DNA of 64,000 nt, from NCBI GenBank assembly GCA_000585015.1, contig JFAX01000001.1, forward strand, positions 64,110 through 128,109, in the 5' to 3' direction. Made by a program: the position numbers and the translations under genes. The DNA comes from Candidatus Accumulibacter adjunctus (GTDB lineage Bacteria > Pseudomonadota > Gammaproteobacteria > Burkholderiales > Rhodocyclaceae). Of the stretch, positions 10,254 through 19,944 are shown piece by piece. Under the pieces are notes generated by a model, which saw only the letters and a list, made by a program, of their open reading frames with translations, was not told the origin of the DNA and ran no database searches. Position 1 is the stretch's first letter. Every line of letters begins with the position of its first letter.

Positions 10254-11708
10254 ATGCAACGCTATTACCCGGTGGTGCGGGTGCTTTCGCTGGTCATCCT
10301 GATGTTCGGCCTGACGATGCTGGTGCCGTTGCTGCTTTCCTGGTTCCAGCACGATGGCGCCGAGAGCGCTTTCGACGAGGCTTTCGTGCTGACCGTCGGC
10401 ACCGGTTTCGGATTGTGGTGGGTGACGCGCCGTGAAGTGCGCGACCTGACGATCCGCGACGGTTTCCTGATGGTCGCCCTGGTGTGGACCGTCCTGCCCG
10501 TTTATGCGGCGCTACCGCTGGTCTTGCAACTCAACCTCAGCTTCACTGATGCCTATTTCGAGGCGGTTTCGGGTCTGACGACCACCGGTGCGACGGTTGT
10601 CGTCGGTCTGGATGAGCTGCCGGTGTCGATCAACTTCTGGCGTACCCAGCTCGTCTGGCTGGGCGGCATGGGCTTGATCGTTCTAGCCGTCGCCATCCTG
10701 CCGCTGCTGGGAATCGGTGGCCGGCAGATGTTCAAGGCCGAGACCCCCGGCCCGATGAAGGATTCGAAGATGACCCCGCGCATGGCCGAGACGGCGAAGG
10801 GGCTATGGTTCGTCTATGTACTGATCTCGATCGCCTGTACGCTTGGCTACTACTGGGCGGGGATGTCGTGGCTCGACGCGATCATGCACATGTTCGCGAC
10901 CATGGGTCTGGGAGGTTTCTCGAGCCATGACGCCAGCTTCGGTTTTTTCGATTCGCCGGCGATCGAGGCGGTCAGCATCGCCTTCATGCTGATCGCCGGC
11001 TGCAACTTCGCCACCCATTTCCTCGTCCTCTCGCAGCGCTCATTCCGCCCGTACGCGACCGATCCCGAGGCCGGCTGGTTCCTGCTGGTGACGATCGGCA
11101 GCGTCATCGGCATCGCCGTCTTCCTCGATGTGCATGAGGTTTATCCAAGCTTCCTCGAGGCGCTGCGCTTTTCGGCGTTCAATGTCGTCTCGATCGCCAC
11201 CACGACCGGCTTTGCCAATACCGATTACGCGCTTTGGCCGTTCTTCGCGCCGCTGTGGATGTTGTTCCTGTGCAGTTTCGCCACCAGCGCCGGTTCCACT
11301 GGTGGCGGCATCAAGATGATCCGCGCCATCGTCCTCTACAAGCAGGTGTACCGCGAACTGGCGCGGGCGATGCACCCGAGCGCCGTGCACCCGGTGAAGA
11401 TCGGCAACAGCGTCGTGCCGTCGAACATCCTCTTCGCCGTGCTCGCCTTCGGCTTCATCTACATGGTGTGCATCGTCTCGATGACCCTGCTGCTGTCGTT
11501 CTCCGGTCTCGAGATCATCACCGCGCTGTCGGCGGTCATCGCCAGCATCAACAACACCGGTCCCGGCCTCGGCGAAGTCGGGCCAGCGAACAACTTCGCC
11601 GGCCTCACCGACTTCCAGACCTGGGTGTGTACGGTGGCGATGCTTCTCGGCCGTCTCGAGATCTTCACGCTGCTGGTGGTCCTGACGCCTGCTTTCTGGC
11701 GCAAGTAG
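10254..11708 (+). CDS. trkH: Trk system potassium uptake protein TrkH
   Basis: 484 aa polytopic membrane protein. Has repeated selectivity-filter-like motifs (GLTTTGAT, TMGLGGFS, IATTTGFA, AGSTGGGIK). Confidence 0.92.
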   Translation: MQRYYPVVRVLSLVILMFGLTMLVPLLLSWFQHDGAESAFDEAFVLTVGTGFGLWWVTRREVRDLTIRDGFLMVALVWTVLPVYAALPLVLQLNLSFTDAYFEAVSGLTTTGATVVVGLDELPVSINFWRTQLVWLGGMGLIVLAVAILPLLGIGGRQMFKAETPGPMKDSKMTPRMAETAKGLWFVYVLISIACTLGYYWAGMSWLDAIMHMFATMGLGGFSSHDASFGFFDSPAIEAVSIAFMLIAGCNFATHFLVLSQRSFRPYATDPEAGWFLLVTIGSVIGIAVFLDVHEVYPSFLEALRFSAFNVVSIATTTGFANTDYALWPFFAPLWMLFLCSFATSAGSTGGGIKMIRAIVLYKQVYRELARAMHPSAVHPVKIGNSVVPSNILFAVLAFGFIYMVCIVSMTLLLSFSGLEIITALSAVIASINNTGPGLGEVGPANNFAGLTDFQTWVCTVAMLLGRLEIFTLLVVLTPAFWRK

Positions 11709-11768
11709 CAGCGGCAACGGCGGACGATTCCCTGTGTGCAAGCCAATCCCCGAACCGTGGAGCAGACT

Positions 11769-12863
11769 GTGAGCCGACCGAGCAACGACACTTTCCTGCG
11801 CGCCCTGCGCCGGCAGCCAACCGAGCAGACGCCGGTCTGGCTGATGCGCCAGGCCGGCCGCTACCTGCCCGAGTACTGCGAGACGCGGCGACGTGCGGGC
11901 AGTTTCCTGCAGTTGTGCAAGAATCCGGCGCTGGCCTGCGAAGTGACGCTGCAGCCGCTCGCGCGCTACGACCTCGATGCGGCGATCCTCTTCTCCGACA
12001 TCCTGACGGTACCGGATGCGATGGGACTGGGACTCTTCTTCACCGATGGCGAGGGTCCGCGCTTCGAACGCCCGTTGCGCGAGGAATGGGCGATCCGCGA
12101 CCTGACGGCACCGGACCCCTGGGACCACTTGCGCTACGTGACCGATGCCGTCGCCGAGATCAGGCGGGCATTGCACGACTCGGTGCCACTGATCGGCTTC
12201 TCGGGCAGTCCCTACACCCTCGCCTGCTATATGGTCGAAGGTGGCGCGAGCAGCGACTACCGCCACATCAAGAGCATGCTGTACGGGCGGCCCGACCTCC
12301 TGCACCGGATTCTGTCGGTGACTGCCGATGCCGTCACCTCCTACCTCAACGCGCAGATCGAATCCGGCGCGCAGGCGGTCATGATCTTCGACTCGTGGGG
12401 TGGCTCGCTTTCGGCTGCAGCCTATCGGGAGTTCTCTCTGAGCTACCTGCGGCGGATCGTCGACGGGCTGATCCGCGAACGGGCGGGTGAGCCGGTGCCG
12501 TCGATCGTGTTCACCAAGGGCGGTGGGCTGTGGCTGGAGTCGATCGTCGACAGCGGATGTGACGCGATCGGTGTCGACTGGACCATCGACATCGGCGAGG
12601 CGCGCCGTCGGGTCGGTCAGCGTGTTGCGCTGCAAGGAAACCTCGATCCCGCTGTTCTCTTTGCCTCGCCGCAGCAGATCGTCACCGAGGCCACGAAGGT
12701 CCTCGCCAGCTACGGTGCCGATGGTTGCGGCCACGTCTTCAATCTTGGACACGGGATATCGCAGTTCACGCCGCCGGAAAACGTCAAGGCGCTGATTGAT
12801 GCAGTGCACCAACACAGCCGCCAACTGCGCCAGTCAGGCAATAAATTGACTCGGGGGAGTTGA
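11769..12863 (+). CDS. hemE: uroporphyrinogen decarboxylase
   Basis: Signature [15 protein letters not shown]. Start placed at the GTG at 11769, 6 nt after GGAG. The ORF track start 11736 is also possible. Confidence 0.94.
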   Translation: MSRPSNDTFLRALRRQPTEQTPVWLMRQAGRYLPEYCETRRRAGSFLQLCKNPALACEVTLQPLARYDLDAAILFSDILTVPDAMGLGLFFTDGEGPRFERPLREEWAIRDLTAPDPWDHLRYVTDAVAEIRRALHDSVPLIGFSGSPYTLACYMVEGGASSDYRHIKSMLYGRPDLLHRILSVTADAVTSYLNAQIESGAQAVMIFDSWGGSLSAAAYREFSLSYLRRIVDGLIRERAGEPVPSIVFTKGGGLWLESIVDSGCDAIGVDWTIDIGEARRRVGQRVALQGNLDPAVLFASPQQIVTEATKVLASYGADGCGHVFNLGHGISQFTPPENVKALIDAVHQHSRQLRQSGNKLTRGS

Positions 12864-12864
12864 C

Positions 12865-12873
12865 TTATTCACA
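12865..12873 (+). promoter_or_regulatory. DnaA box (TTATTCACA, exact match to TTATNCACA consensus)
   Basis: Read directly in the sequence, 2 nt after the hemE stop, within the hemE-priA spacer. Confidence 0.5.
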
Positions 12874-13031
12874 GAAATGTCCCATGGGCGCGGCGCCGCC
12901 GCCTGGTTTCCGGATGACGCCGACCGATTTCTTTAAGTATCTGGTTTATAAGTGTTTTTGGATTGCTGATTTTTTGGGCAAGTACGCTGCAGCCCTTGCT
13001 GCAAGGGCCTTCACGAGGCTTTCCGGGGTTT

Positions 13032-13052
13032 CGATCCACAGAGTTATCCACA
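13032..13052 (+). promoter_or_regulatory. Tandem DnaA boxes: CGATCCACA (7/9) and TTATCCACA (9/9), same orientation, 12 bp start to start
   Basis: Read directly in the sequence, about 110 bp upstream of the priA start. Confidence 0.5.
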
Positions 13053-13163
13053 GGTTCTGGGGAAGAGCGAAAACGTGTGCTAATTGAGCGTCTTACCCTT
13101 CTTTGCCAGAATTGGCGCGAGCTTGTGGTGCTAAGTGGTCCAGTCCGGCCGCCGGTCTGAGCG

Positions 13164-15194
13164 ATGACCGAACGACCGCTTGAGCCGGGCTTGGTGCGCG
13201 TCGCGCTCGACCTGCCACTGCGGCGCCTGTTTGACTACCGTAGCCCGGACGACCCACCGCTGACGGTTGCCGATGTCGGCTACCGGGTCCGCGTACCGCT
13301 GGGCCAGCGGCAGAGGATCGGCATCATCGTCGCCGTCGGCGTGGACAGCGACGTCGATCCAGAGGACCTGAAGCCGGTCGGCGAAGTCCTCCGCGACCTG
13401 CGCCCGTTGCCGGAAGCGTGGTTTCGGTTGACCCGATTTTGTGCTTCCTATTACCACGTGCCACTCGGCCAGGTCATGCTCGCCACGCTCCCTGCCAGAC
13501 TGCGGACCGTGGCGGCGGCGAGGACGCGGGCGGGGCGGCACCTCGCGCCGGACCGCCCAGCGCTGCAGCCGCCACCGCTGACGGTCGAACAGCAGGCGGT
13601 CCTCGGTACCGTGCTGGCCGCGGGAACGGGGTTTCATGCCTACCTGCTGCATGGCGTGACGGGCAGTGGCAAGACCGAGGTATACCTGCGCCTGATCGAG
13701 TGGGCGCTGACAGCCGGACGGCAGGCGCTGCTCCTGGTGCCGGAAATCAACCTCACCCCCCAGCTCGAAGCACGGGTCGGCGAACGCTTTCCCGCTGCCA
13801 GGCTGGTCAGCCTGCACAGCGATCTTGCCGAAGCGGCGCGCAGCCGCAACTGGCGGGCGGCATGCGGTGGCGAGGCGCGCATCGTTCTCGGTACCCGGCT
13901 GGCCGTGTTCACGCCGCTGCCGGAACTCGGTCTGATCATCGTCGACGAGGAGCACGACGGCTCGTTCAAGCAACAGGATGGGGTCCGCTACTCGGCGCGT
14001 GACCTGGCGGTCTTCCGGGCCCGCGACAGCGACGTTCCGGTCGTTCTCGGATCGGCGACGCCGTCGCTCGAGAGCTGGGCGAACGCCACCGGCAGCGGCG
14101 GGCGCGGACGTTATCGCCTGCTCACGTTGCGCCAGCGGGCTGTCGAAGGTTCTCGGCTGCCGCTGGTGCGCATCATCGACACGCGGCTCGAGAAGCCGCA
14201 GGACGGGCTCACGGGAGCCCTCCTGCAAGCGATCGAGCAGCGCCTCCAGTGCGGTGAACAGAGCCTCGTCTTCCTCAACCGGCGCGGCTACGCACCGGTG
14301 ATGAGCTGCCCTGCCTGCGGCTGGATCTCCGGCTGCCAGCGCTGCGCGGCGCACCTCGTGCTGCATCTGGTCGACCGCCGCCTGCGCTGCCACCACTGCG
14401 GCTTTCAGACCCGCCTGCCACGGCAGTGTCCGACCTGCGGCAACCAGGATCTGCGCGCTCTTGGCCGGGGCACGCAACGTCTCGAGATGGTTCTTGCCGA
14501 ACGCTTTCCGCAAGCCCGTCTGCTGCGCGTAGACCGGGACTCGGCGAGCAGCCGCAAGCAATGGACAGAACTGTTGCGGCGGATCCACGACGGCGAAGCA
14601 GACATCCTGGTCGGCACGCAGATGCTTGCCAAGGGCCATGATTTTCCGAAGCTGACCCTGGTGGGCGCGATCGCTCCCGATGCCGCGCTCTTCGCCGCTG
14701 ACTGGCGAGCACCCGAACGCCTCTTTGCCCAGCTGATGCAGGTGGCCGGGCGCGCCGGCCGGGCCGATCGCCCGGGCGAAGTGCTGCTGCAGACGCAGTT
14801 TCCAGAGCATCCTCTGTATCAGGCCTTGTGCCGCCACGACTACGAGAGCTTTGCCACCGCCCAACTCAACGAGCGCCGGCAGGCCGGGTTTCCGCCTTAC
14901 ACGCATCAGGCCGTCTTGCGCGCAGAGGCGCCACACATGGCCGAGGCCATGGCTTTCCTGGCGGCGGCGTGGGATTGCGCGGCAGTCGCTGCCACGGCGG
15001 CAATCAGCTTCTACGATCCGGTGCCAATGCGCCTGGCGCGCCGCGCGAGCATGGAGCGGGCTCAGCTTCTCGTCGAGTCGCCATCCCGTCGTGCCCTGCA
15101 GGCCTTTCTCGCCGATTGGCTGATGCAGATCGAGACGTTGCGCGCTCCGTCGCGGCTGCGCTGGCACCTCGAGGTGGACCCGCTCGATCTGTGA
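13164..15194 (+). CDS. priA: primosomal protein N' (replication restart helicase PriA)
   Basis: 676 aa. Walker A GVTGSGKTEVY, DEEHD box, and Cys-rich zinc region CPACG..CQRC..CHHCG..CPTCG. Confidence 0.95.
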   Translation: MTERPLEPGLVRVALDLPLRRLFDYRSPDDPPLTVADVGYRVRVPLGQRQRIGIIVAVGVDSDVDPEDLKPVGEVLRDLRPLPEAWFRLTRFCASYYHVPLGQVMLATLPARLRTVAAARTRAGRHLAPDRPALQPPPLTVEQQAVLGTVLAAGTGFHAYLLHGVTGSGKTEVYLRLIEWALTAGRQALLLVPEINLTPQLEARVGERFPAARLVSLHSDLAEAARSRNWRAACGGEARIVLGTRLAVFTPLPELGLIIVDEEHDGSFKQQDGVRYSARDLAVFRARDSDVPVVLGSATPSLESWANATGSGGRGRYRLLTLRQRAVEGSRLPLVRIIDTRLEKPQDGLTGALLQAIEQRLQCGEQSLVFLNRRGYAPVMSCPACGWISGCQRCAAHLVLHLVDRRLRCHHCGFQTRLPRQCPTCGNQDLRALGRGTQRLEMVLAERFPQARLLRVDRDSASSRKQWTELLRRIHDGEADILVGTQMLAKGHDFPKLTLVGAIAPDAALFAADWRAPERLFAQLMQVAGRAGRADRPGEVLLQTQFPEHPLYQALCRHDYESFATAQLNERRQAGFPPYTHQAVLRAEAPHMAEAMAFLAAAWDCAAVAATAAISFYDPVPMRLARRASMERAQLLVESPSRRALQAFLADWLMQIETLRAPSRLRWHLEVDPLDL

Positions 15195-15431
15195 CCGTTC
15201 GCTGGCAGTCGATCGCCACGACGTCGGAACGGCCCGCCAGGCGCTCGCTGCCCCTCGTGCTGCGCCCCTCGCCGCAACTGGCCAACGAACGCAAGACGAC
15301 CGGTCACCAGCGGGCGCCGCTTGACTGCCGGCGGTGAAGGCGCCGATACTCGGGGCGAATGCCGCCCGCTGCGGCTGCCTGCCCAGCCGGCGTCCGTCCT
15401 TTCTCCCTCTGTCAGCCTGAGGAGTCTTCCC

Positions 15432-16964
15432 GTGTCTTCCGATTTCGTCGCTGCCATCGACCTCGGGTCGAACAGCTTCCACATGGTCGTCGCGCGCATC
15501 AGCGACGGCCACGTGCAGATTCTCGACCGCTTGCGCGAGATGGTGCAGCTTGCCGCCGGACTTGACGACCACAACCGTCTGTCGGCGCAAGCCCAGCAGC
15601 GAGCCCTCGACTGTCTGGCGCGCTTCGCCCAGCGTTTGCGCCACATCCCGGCGGCGCGCCTGCGCATCGTCGGCACCAACACCCTGCGCCAGGCGCGCAA
15701 CAGCGCGGAGTTCGTCGCTCGCGCCGAGCAGGCTCTCGGTCATCGCGTCGAGGTCGTCAGCGGCCAGGAAGAGGCGAGACTGATCTATCTCGGTGTCGCG
15801 CACAGTGTCGGCGATCTTGCCGGACAGCGCCTGGTGATCGATATCGGCGGCGGCAGCACCGAACTGATCATCGGCGAGGCTTTCGACCCGCTGCATCTGG
15901 CCAGCCTGCGCATGGGTTGTGTCAGCCTCAGCCGCGCCTGTTTTGGCGATGGCCGGGTGACGGCCAACCGCTTGCGCGAGGCCGAACTGCTGGTGCAACT
16001 GCATCTCGAACCCATCCGAGAGGAATACCTTGCGCGTGGCTGGGAGATGGTGACCGGCGCCTCCGGCTCGATCAAGGCGATCCAGGAGGTGATCGTCCGC
16101 GAGGGCTGGAGTCGCGAGGGGATCACGCTCGATGCGCTGCGCCGGCTGCGCGGCGCCCTGCTCGAAACATCGGACATGGCGGCACTCAGCAGCCGCTGGC
16201 AACTCGAGCCGCCACGTGCGCGCGTCTTCGCCGGTGGCTTCGTGGTCCTGCATGGACTCTGCGAAGCACTCGGCATCGAGCGGCTCGAGGTCTCGGAAGG
16301 CGCCCTGCGCGAGGGGTTGATCTATGATCTGCTCGGTCGCATCCGGCATGAGGACGTGCGCGACCGCACCATCGCCGACGTCATCCGCCGTTTCGCGCTC
16401 GACCAGGCGCAGGCCGAGCGGGTCTGCGCGACGGCGCTCGATCTGCTGCGCCAGGTGCGCGCCAAATGGGGTCTCGCCGGCAAGGAAGCGAAGTGCGTGC
16501 TCGAGCGGGCCGCCCGTCTGCACGAAATCGGCCTGCTGCTGTCGCATGACCAGTACCACAAGCACGGTGCCTATGTCCTCGAGCATGCGGACCTGCCGGG
16601 CTACTCGCGCGATGACCAGCTGCTGCTGGCAGTTCTCGTCCGGCGCCACCGGCGTTCCTTTCCCGCTGATGCGTTCGCGGCCTTGCCGAAGGCCACGGTT
16701 GGCGCCGCCCGGCGTCTCTGCGCGCTTCTGCGTCTGGCGGTCGTCCTGCATCGCGGTCGCAGCAGCGAGCCACTGCCGCCGATCGCCCTGCAGGTCGACC
16801 GACAGCGCCTGCATCTGCTGTTCCCGAGTGGCTGGCTGGCAGCCCATCCGCTGACGCGGGCCGATCTGCAGATCGAGGCGGCGTTGCTGGCCAAGGCCGG
16901 CTTCGCGTTGCGCTTTGGCGATGCCAGGCAACGCGACCGGCGGCTGCCGCCCAGCACCTCCTGA
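15432..16964 (+). CDS. Ppx/GppA family exopolyphosphatase / guanosine pentaphosphate phosphohydrolase
   Basis: ORF trimmed to the GTG at 15432, preceded by GAGGAG. N-terminus VSSDFVAAIDLGSNSFHMVV and motif IDIGGGSTE mark the ASKHA-fold phosphatase family. C-terminal HD-like region. Confidence 0.85.
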   Translation: MSSDFVAAIDLGSNSFHMVVARISDGHVQILDRLREMVQLAAGLDDHNRLSAQAQQRALDCLARFAQRLRHIPAARLRIVGTNTLRQARNSAEFVARAEQALGHRVEVVSGQEEARLIYLGVAHSVGDLAGQRLVIDIGGGSTELIIGEAFDPLHLASLRMGCVSLSRACFGDGRVTANRLREAELLVQLHLEPIREEYLARGWEMVTGASGSIKAIQEVIVREGWSREGITLDALRRLRGALLETSDMAALSSRWQLEPPRARVFAGGFVVLHGLCEALGIERLEVSEGALREGLIYDLLGRIRHEDVRDRTIADVIRRFALDQAQAERVCATALDLLRQVRAKWGLAGKEAKCVLERAARLHEIGLLLSHDQYHKHGAYVLEHADLPGYSRDDQLLLAVLVRRHRRSFPADAFAALPKATVGAARRLCALLRLAVVLHRGRSSEPLPPIALQVDRQRLHLLFPSGWLAAHPLTRADLQIEAALLAKAGFALRFGDARQRDRRLPPSTS

Positions 16965-16975
16965 GCGGGCGGCGA

Positions 16976-18223
16976 GTGCGCGCTTGGCTGCTTCTCCTGT
17001 TGCCTCTGGTGCTGGCGGCGTCGTTGTTGCCGGTGATCACCGACCGGCAGCCGCTGGTCAGCCGCAGCGAAGGCGTTGCCGCCAGCTCGATCGTCGAGGC
17101 CCGGCACTTGCTGGCCCAGCGCGATTCCGCCCACCAGCAGCGTGCTGACGAGCGGACGGCGATCATTCCCGCCGGATTGCTCGACACCGCCATCGATCAT
17201 TTCGCGAGTCGCACTCTCGGAGCGCGTGCGGCCTTCGTCATCGTTGGGCGTAGCGGCGAGATTCGTCTGAGCATCCCCCTGCCGGGCCTATCCGCCACGC
17301 GCTACCTCAACCTGTCGGCCGTCATCGCCGCAGCCGATGGGCGCCCACGGATCGCCTCGGCTTCATTGGCCGCGCTGCCGCTGCCCGGGTGGCTGGCTGA
17401 AGCCGCCGCCGGCACGGCGATCCGCGCTGCCGGTCTGGCCGAGCAGTGGCAGGTCGCGGCACGGGCGGTCAGACGGGTGGACTTCGATGCTGCTGCCAGC
17501 CATGTCGTCGTCGACTATGTCTGGCAGCCGGAGCTGCTCGAGCAGCTACGCTCATTCGCCGTTGCGCCCGCAGACACGGTCGATCTGCGCAACGCGCAGG
17601 CGGCCCTGGCTGGGCTCCTCGACCACCGTGCCGGGGTGGTGCCGCTGGGACAGGTTCTGGCGCCGCTCCTCGGTTGCTGCAGTGAAGGGTCAGCCGGTTA
17701 TGGCCGCGCCGCGCTGCTCGTCCTGGCCGCACACGTCTCCGGCAACTCGCTCTCGCAGCTATTGCCGGAGGCCCGATCCTGGGCCCGCCCGCGCCGCGTC
17801 AAGCTGAGCCTGCGCGGTCGCCATGACAGCGCCCAGCACTTCGTCGTCTCAGCGGCGCTCGCCGCCTGGGCGGGTGAGTCGGCAGCCGACGCGATCGGCC
17901 TCGACAAGGAAATGCGCGACGCGCGCAGCGGTAGCGGATTTTCCTTTGCCGATCTCGCCGCCGACCGCGCCGGAAGCCGCTTCGGCGAGCTGGTTGCGGC
18001 GAACTCGCCGCGTCTGCAGGCGGCTCTGCAGCGACCCCTGAGCGACAGCGACTTGGCGCCGTCGCTTGCAGGGCTGCCCGAAGGACTGTCGGCAGCGGAA
18101 TTCGAACGCCGTTTCGCCGCCGCCGAGAGCGCCGACTACCGGCAGGTGACGAGCGAGATCGAGCGTCGCCTCAGCGAGATGCCGCTCTACCGCGGACGGC
18201 CGGCGGCGCGCAAAGGCGACTGA
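16976..18223 (+). CDS. hypothetical secreted protein
   Basis: 415 aa with a signal-peptide-like start, MRAWLLLLLPLVLAASLL. Coding-like composition and no recognisable motif. Confidence 0.5.
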   Translation: MRAWLLLLLPLVLAASLLPVITDRQPLVSRSEGVAASSIVEARHLLAQRDSAHQQRADERTAIIPAGLLDTAIDHFASRTLGARAAFVIVGRSGEIRLSIPLPGLSATRYLNLSAVIAAADGRPRIASASLAALPLPGWLAEAAAGTAIRAAGLAEQWQVAARAVRRVDFDAAASHVVVDYVWQPELLEQLRSFAVAPADTVDLRNAQAALAGLLDHRAGVVPLGQVLAPLLGCCSEGSAGYGRAALLVLAAHVSGNSLSQLLPEARSWARPRRVKLSLRGRHDSAQHFVVSAALAAWAGESAADAIGLDKEMRDARSGSGFSFADLAADRAGSRFGELVAANSPRLQAALQRPLSDSDLAPSLAGLPEGLSAAEFERRFAAAESADYRQVTSEIERRLSEMPLYRGRPAARKGD

Positions 18224-18345
18224 ACGCGATCCTCCGTGCCGCCGACCTCCGGCGACCGAGAACCAGATCAGCGGCGCGGCTGGCGCCGCGAGCAGGCCAT
18301 GCCCCCGGTGGACGCTGACGGCACCGATCAAGACGCGCGCGGTGC

Positions 18346-19245
18346 TCAGTCGGCACGCCACAGCCAGGCTGCACCGCGGACGCCCGACGAGTCTCCATGC
18401 CTGTTGCGCAGAAGGCGCGTCTGAACGACATCGGAGAAGACGTGCCGGTGCCACAGTCGCGGCACCGAGCGGTAGAACCGGTCGATGTTCGAGAGCCCGC
18501 CACCGAGTACGATCGAGTCCGGGTCAACGATGTTCACCACCATCGCCAGCGCCTTCGCCAGGCGCCGCTCGTAGCGCTGCAGGGTCGCCTCGCAGGCCGC
18601 ATCGCCGCTGCTCGCCCGGCTGCTGATCTCCACGGCGGTCAGCGCAACGCCAGTGTGCCGCAGATGATCGGCAGCCAGCGCCGGGCCCGAGAGCCAGGTC
18701 TCGATGCAGCCAAGGCGTCCGCAGTAGCATCGCGGCGGCGGCTGCTCCTCCTCGTGTGGCAGGGGCAATGCATTGTGCCCCCACTCACCGGCAATCCGGT
18801 TGGCGCCCGTGAGCACCCGCCCGCGCACGACGAGGCCGCCGCCAACGCCCGTACCGAGGATGACGCCAAAGACCGTTTCCGCGCCTTCGGCGGCACCATC
18901 GGTCGCTTCGGAGAGCGCGAAACAGTTCGCGTCGTTGGCCAGACGCACTTCGCGCTGCAAGAGATCTTGCAGGTCCTTGCGCAGCGCGTGGCCGATGAGC
19001 CACGTCGAATTGGCGTTCTTGATCTTGCCATCGACCGCAGACTCGGCGCCCGGCATGCCGACGCCGACGCTGCCCCGCTGCCCGAGATCCCGCTCGGCTG
19101 CCGCCACCAGCTCGCCGATGGCGACCAGCGTCCCGTGGTAGCTCCCGCCCGGGGTCGGCCGCCTTCGCCGAAGGAGGACCTGCCCGCCGTCGTCGAGCGC
19201 CACCAGCTCGATCTTGCTGCCACCCAGGTCCACACCGAGTCGCAA
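18346..19245 (-). CDS. ROK family sugar kinase (N-acetylglucosamine kinase-like)
   Basis: 299 aa. TTG start 7 nt after GGGGAGG. Motifs LGVDLGGSK, ANDANCFALSEA and GTGVGGG, plus the ROK zinc motif GEWGHN...CYCGRLGCIE. Confidence 0.85.
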   Translation of the reverse strand: MRLGVDLGGSKIELVALDDGGQVLLRRRRPTPGGSYHGTLVAIGELVAAAERDLGQRGSVGVGMPGAESAVDGKIKNANSTWLIGHALRKDLQDLLQREVRLANDANCFALSEATDGAAEGAETVFGVILGTGVGGGLVVRGRVLTGANRIAGEWGHNALPLPHEEEQPPPRCYCGRLGCIETWLSGPALAADHLRHTGVALTAVEISSRASSGDAACEATLQRYERRLAKALAMVVNIVDPDSIVLGGGLSNIDRFYRSVPRLWHRHVFSDVVQTRLLRNRHGDSSGVRGAAWLWRAD

Positions 19246-19387
19246 GGTCGCACCTCCCCCTGATCACCCTGTCGCGCAGTCGCTTGCAGCTGCGCCGTCA
19301 ACCGGCATCGCCAGACGCCAGCAGGATGGGGGAGAACGCAGCGGAATGCAATAGCCCGCAGGCATCCGCGAAGGGGTCGCCTGCCTC

Positions 19388-19416
19388 TTGCATCGGCTCG
19401 TGGCAATCGGTATACT
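19388..19416 (+). promoter_or_regulatory. candidate sigma70 promoter of rpsT (TTGCAT - 17 nt - TATACT)
   Basis: The hexamers and the 17-nt spacer were counted directly. The -10 element ends 44 nt upstream of the rpsT ATG. Confidence 0.55.
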
Positions 19417-19460
19417 CCGCGCCTTTCGACTGACCGCAGCATTTCAAAGGGACCCGACTC

Positions 19461-19730
19461 ATGGCCAACAGCGCTCAAGCCCGCAAGCGTGCCCGACAAG
19501 CCGTCAAGCAGCGCGCTCACAACACCAGCCTGCGCTCGACCCTGCGCACGGCGGTGAAACGCGTCCAGAAGGCCGTTCTGGCGGGTGACAAGGCTGCCGC
19601 ACAGAGCGTCTATCAGGAATCGGTGTCGGTCATCGACCGCATCGCCGACAAGAAGATCATCCACAAGAACAAGGCGGCACGCCATAAGAGCCGCCTGTCG
19701 GCTCAGATCAAGGCCCTGGCCGCCGCCTGA
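19461..19730 (+). CDS. rpsT: 30S ribosomal protein S20
   Basis: 89 aa, [26 protein letters not shown]... This is the typical basic S20 sequence. Confidence 0.97.
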   Translation: MANSAQARKRARQAVKQRAHNTSLRSTLRTAVKRVQKAVLAGDKAAAQSVYQESVSVIDRIADKKIIHKNKAARHKSRLSAQIKALAAA

Positions 19731-19750
19731 GGCGACGGCTTGTGACAGCG

Positions 19751-19781
19751 AGGCGGCGCCAGCAGGCGCCGTCTTGCGTTT
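19751..19781 (+). terminator. possible intrinsic terminator after rpsT
   Basis: A 10-bp stem (AGGCGGCGCC / GGCGCCGTCT, with one G-U pair), an AGCA loop, and a weak tail TGCGTTT. Confidence 0.4.
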
Positions 19782-19944
19782 ACCCGTCCGCGGTCGCCCG
19801 CGGCCAGCCGAAGCTTGACGGTTGCCAGCCGGGTCGGCGCCGACGGCGGGCCGATAAGGGTTATAATCGCCGCCGCAGGGGCAGGCGCGAAAGGCGCAAC
19901 CTGCTTCCGGGACGACTGACGATACGCTTGCGACGGGGAATGCT

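Noticed and set aside
12860-13160. Three small ORFs (75, 60 and 65 aa) in the hemE-priA spacer
   Set aside because: They have no coding-like composition, mutually overlap on both strands, and the region is AT-rich with regulatory-looking motifs. I treated it as non-coding.
13131-16931. 1266-aa ORF on the minus strand spanning priA and the Ppx/GppA gene
   Set aside because: It runs antisense to two genes with unmistakable motifs. It is Arg/Ala/Gly/Pro-rich and low-complexity. This is the typical stop-codon-poor shadow frame of GC3-rich coding DNA.
18224-18345. GC-rich hairpin GCGGCGC-ggctg-GCGCCGC between the convergent hypothetical and ROK kinase genes, considered as a bidirectional terminator
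   Set aside because: There is no U/T tract on either strand. It is too weak to call.
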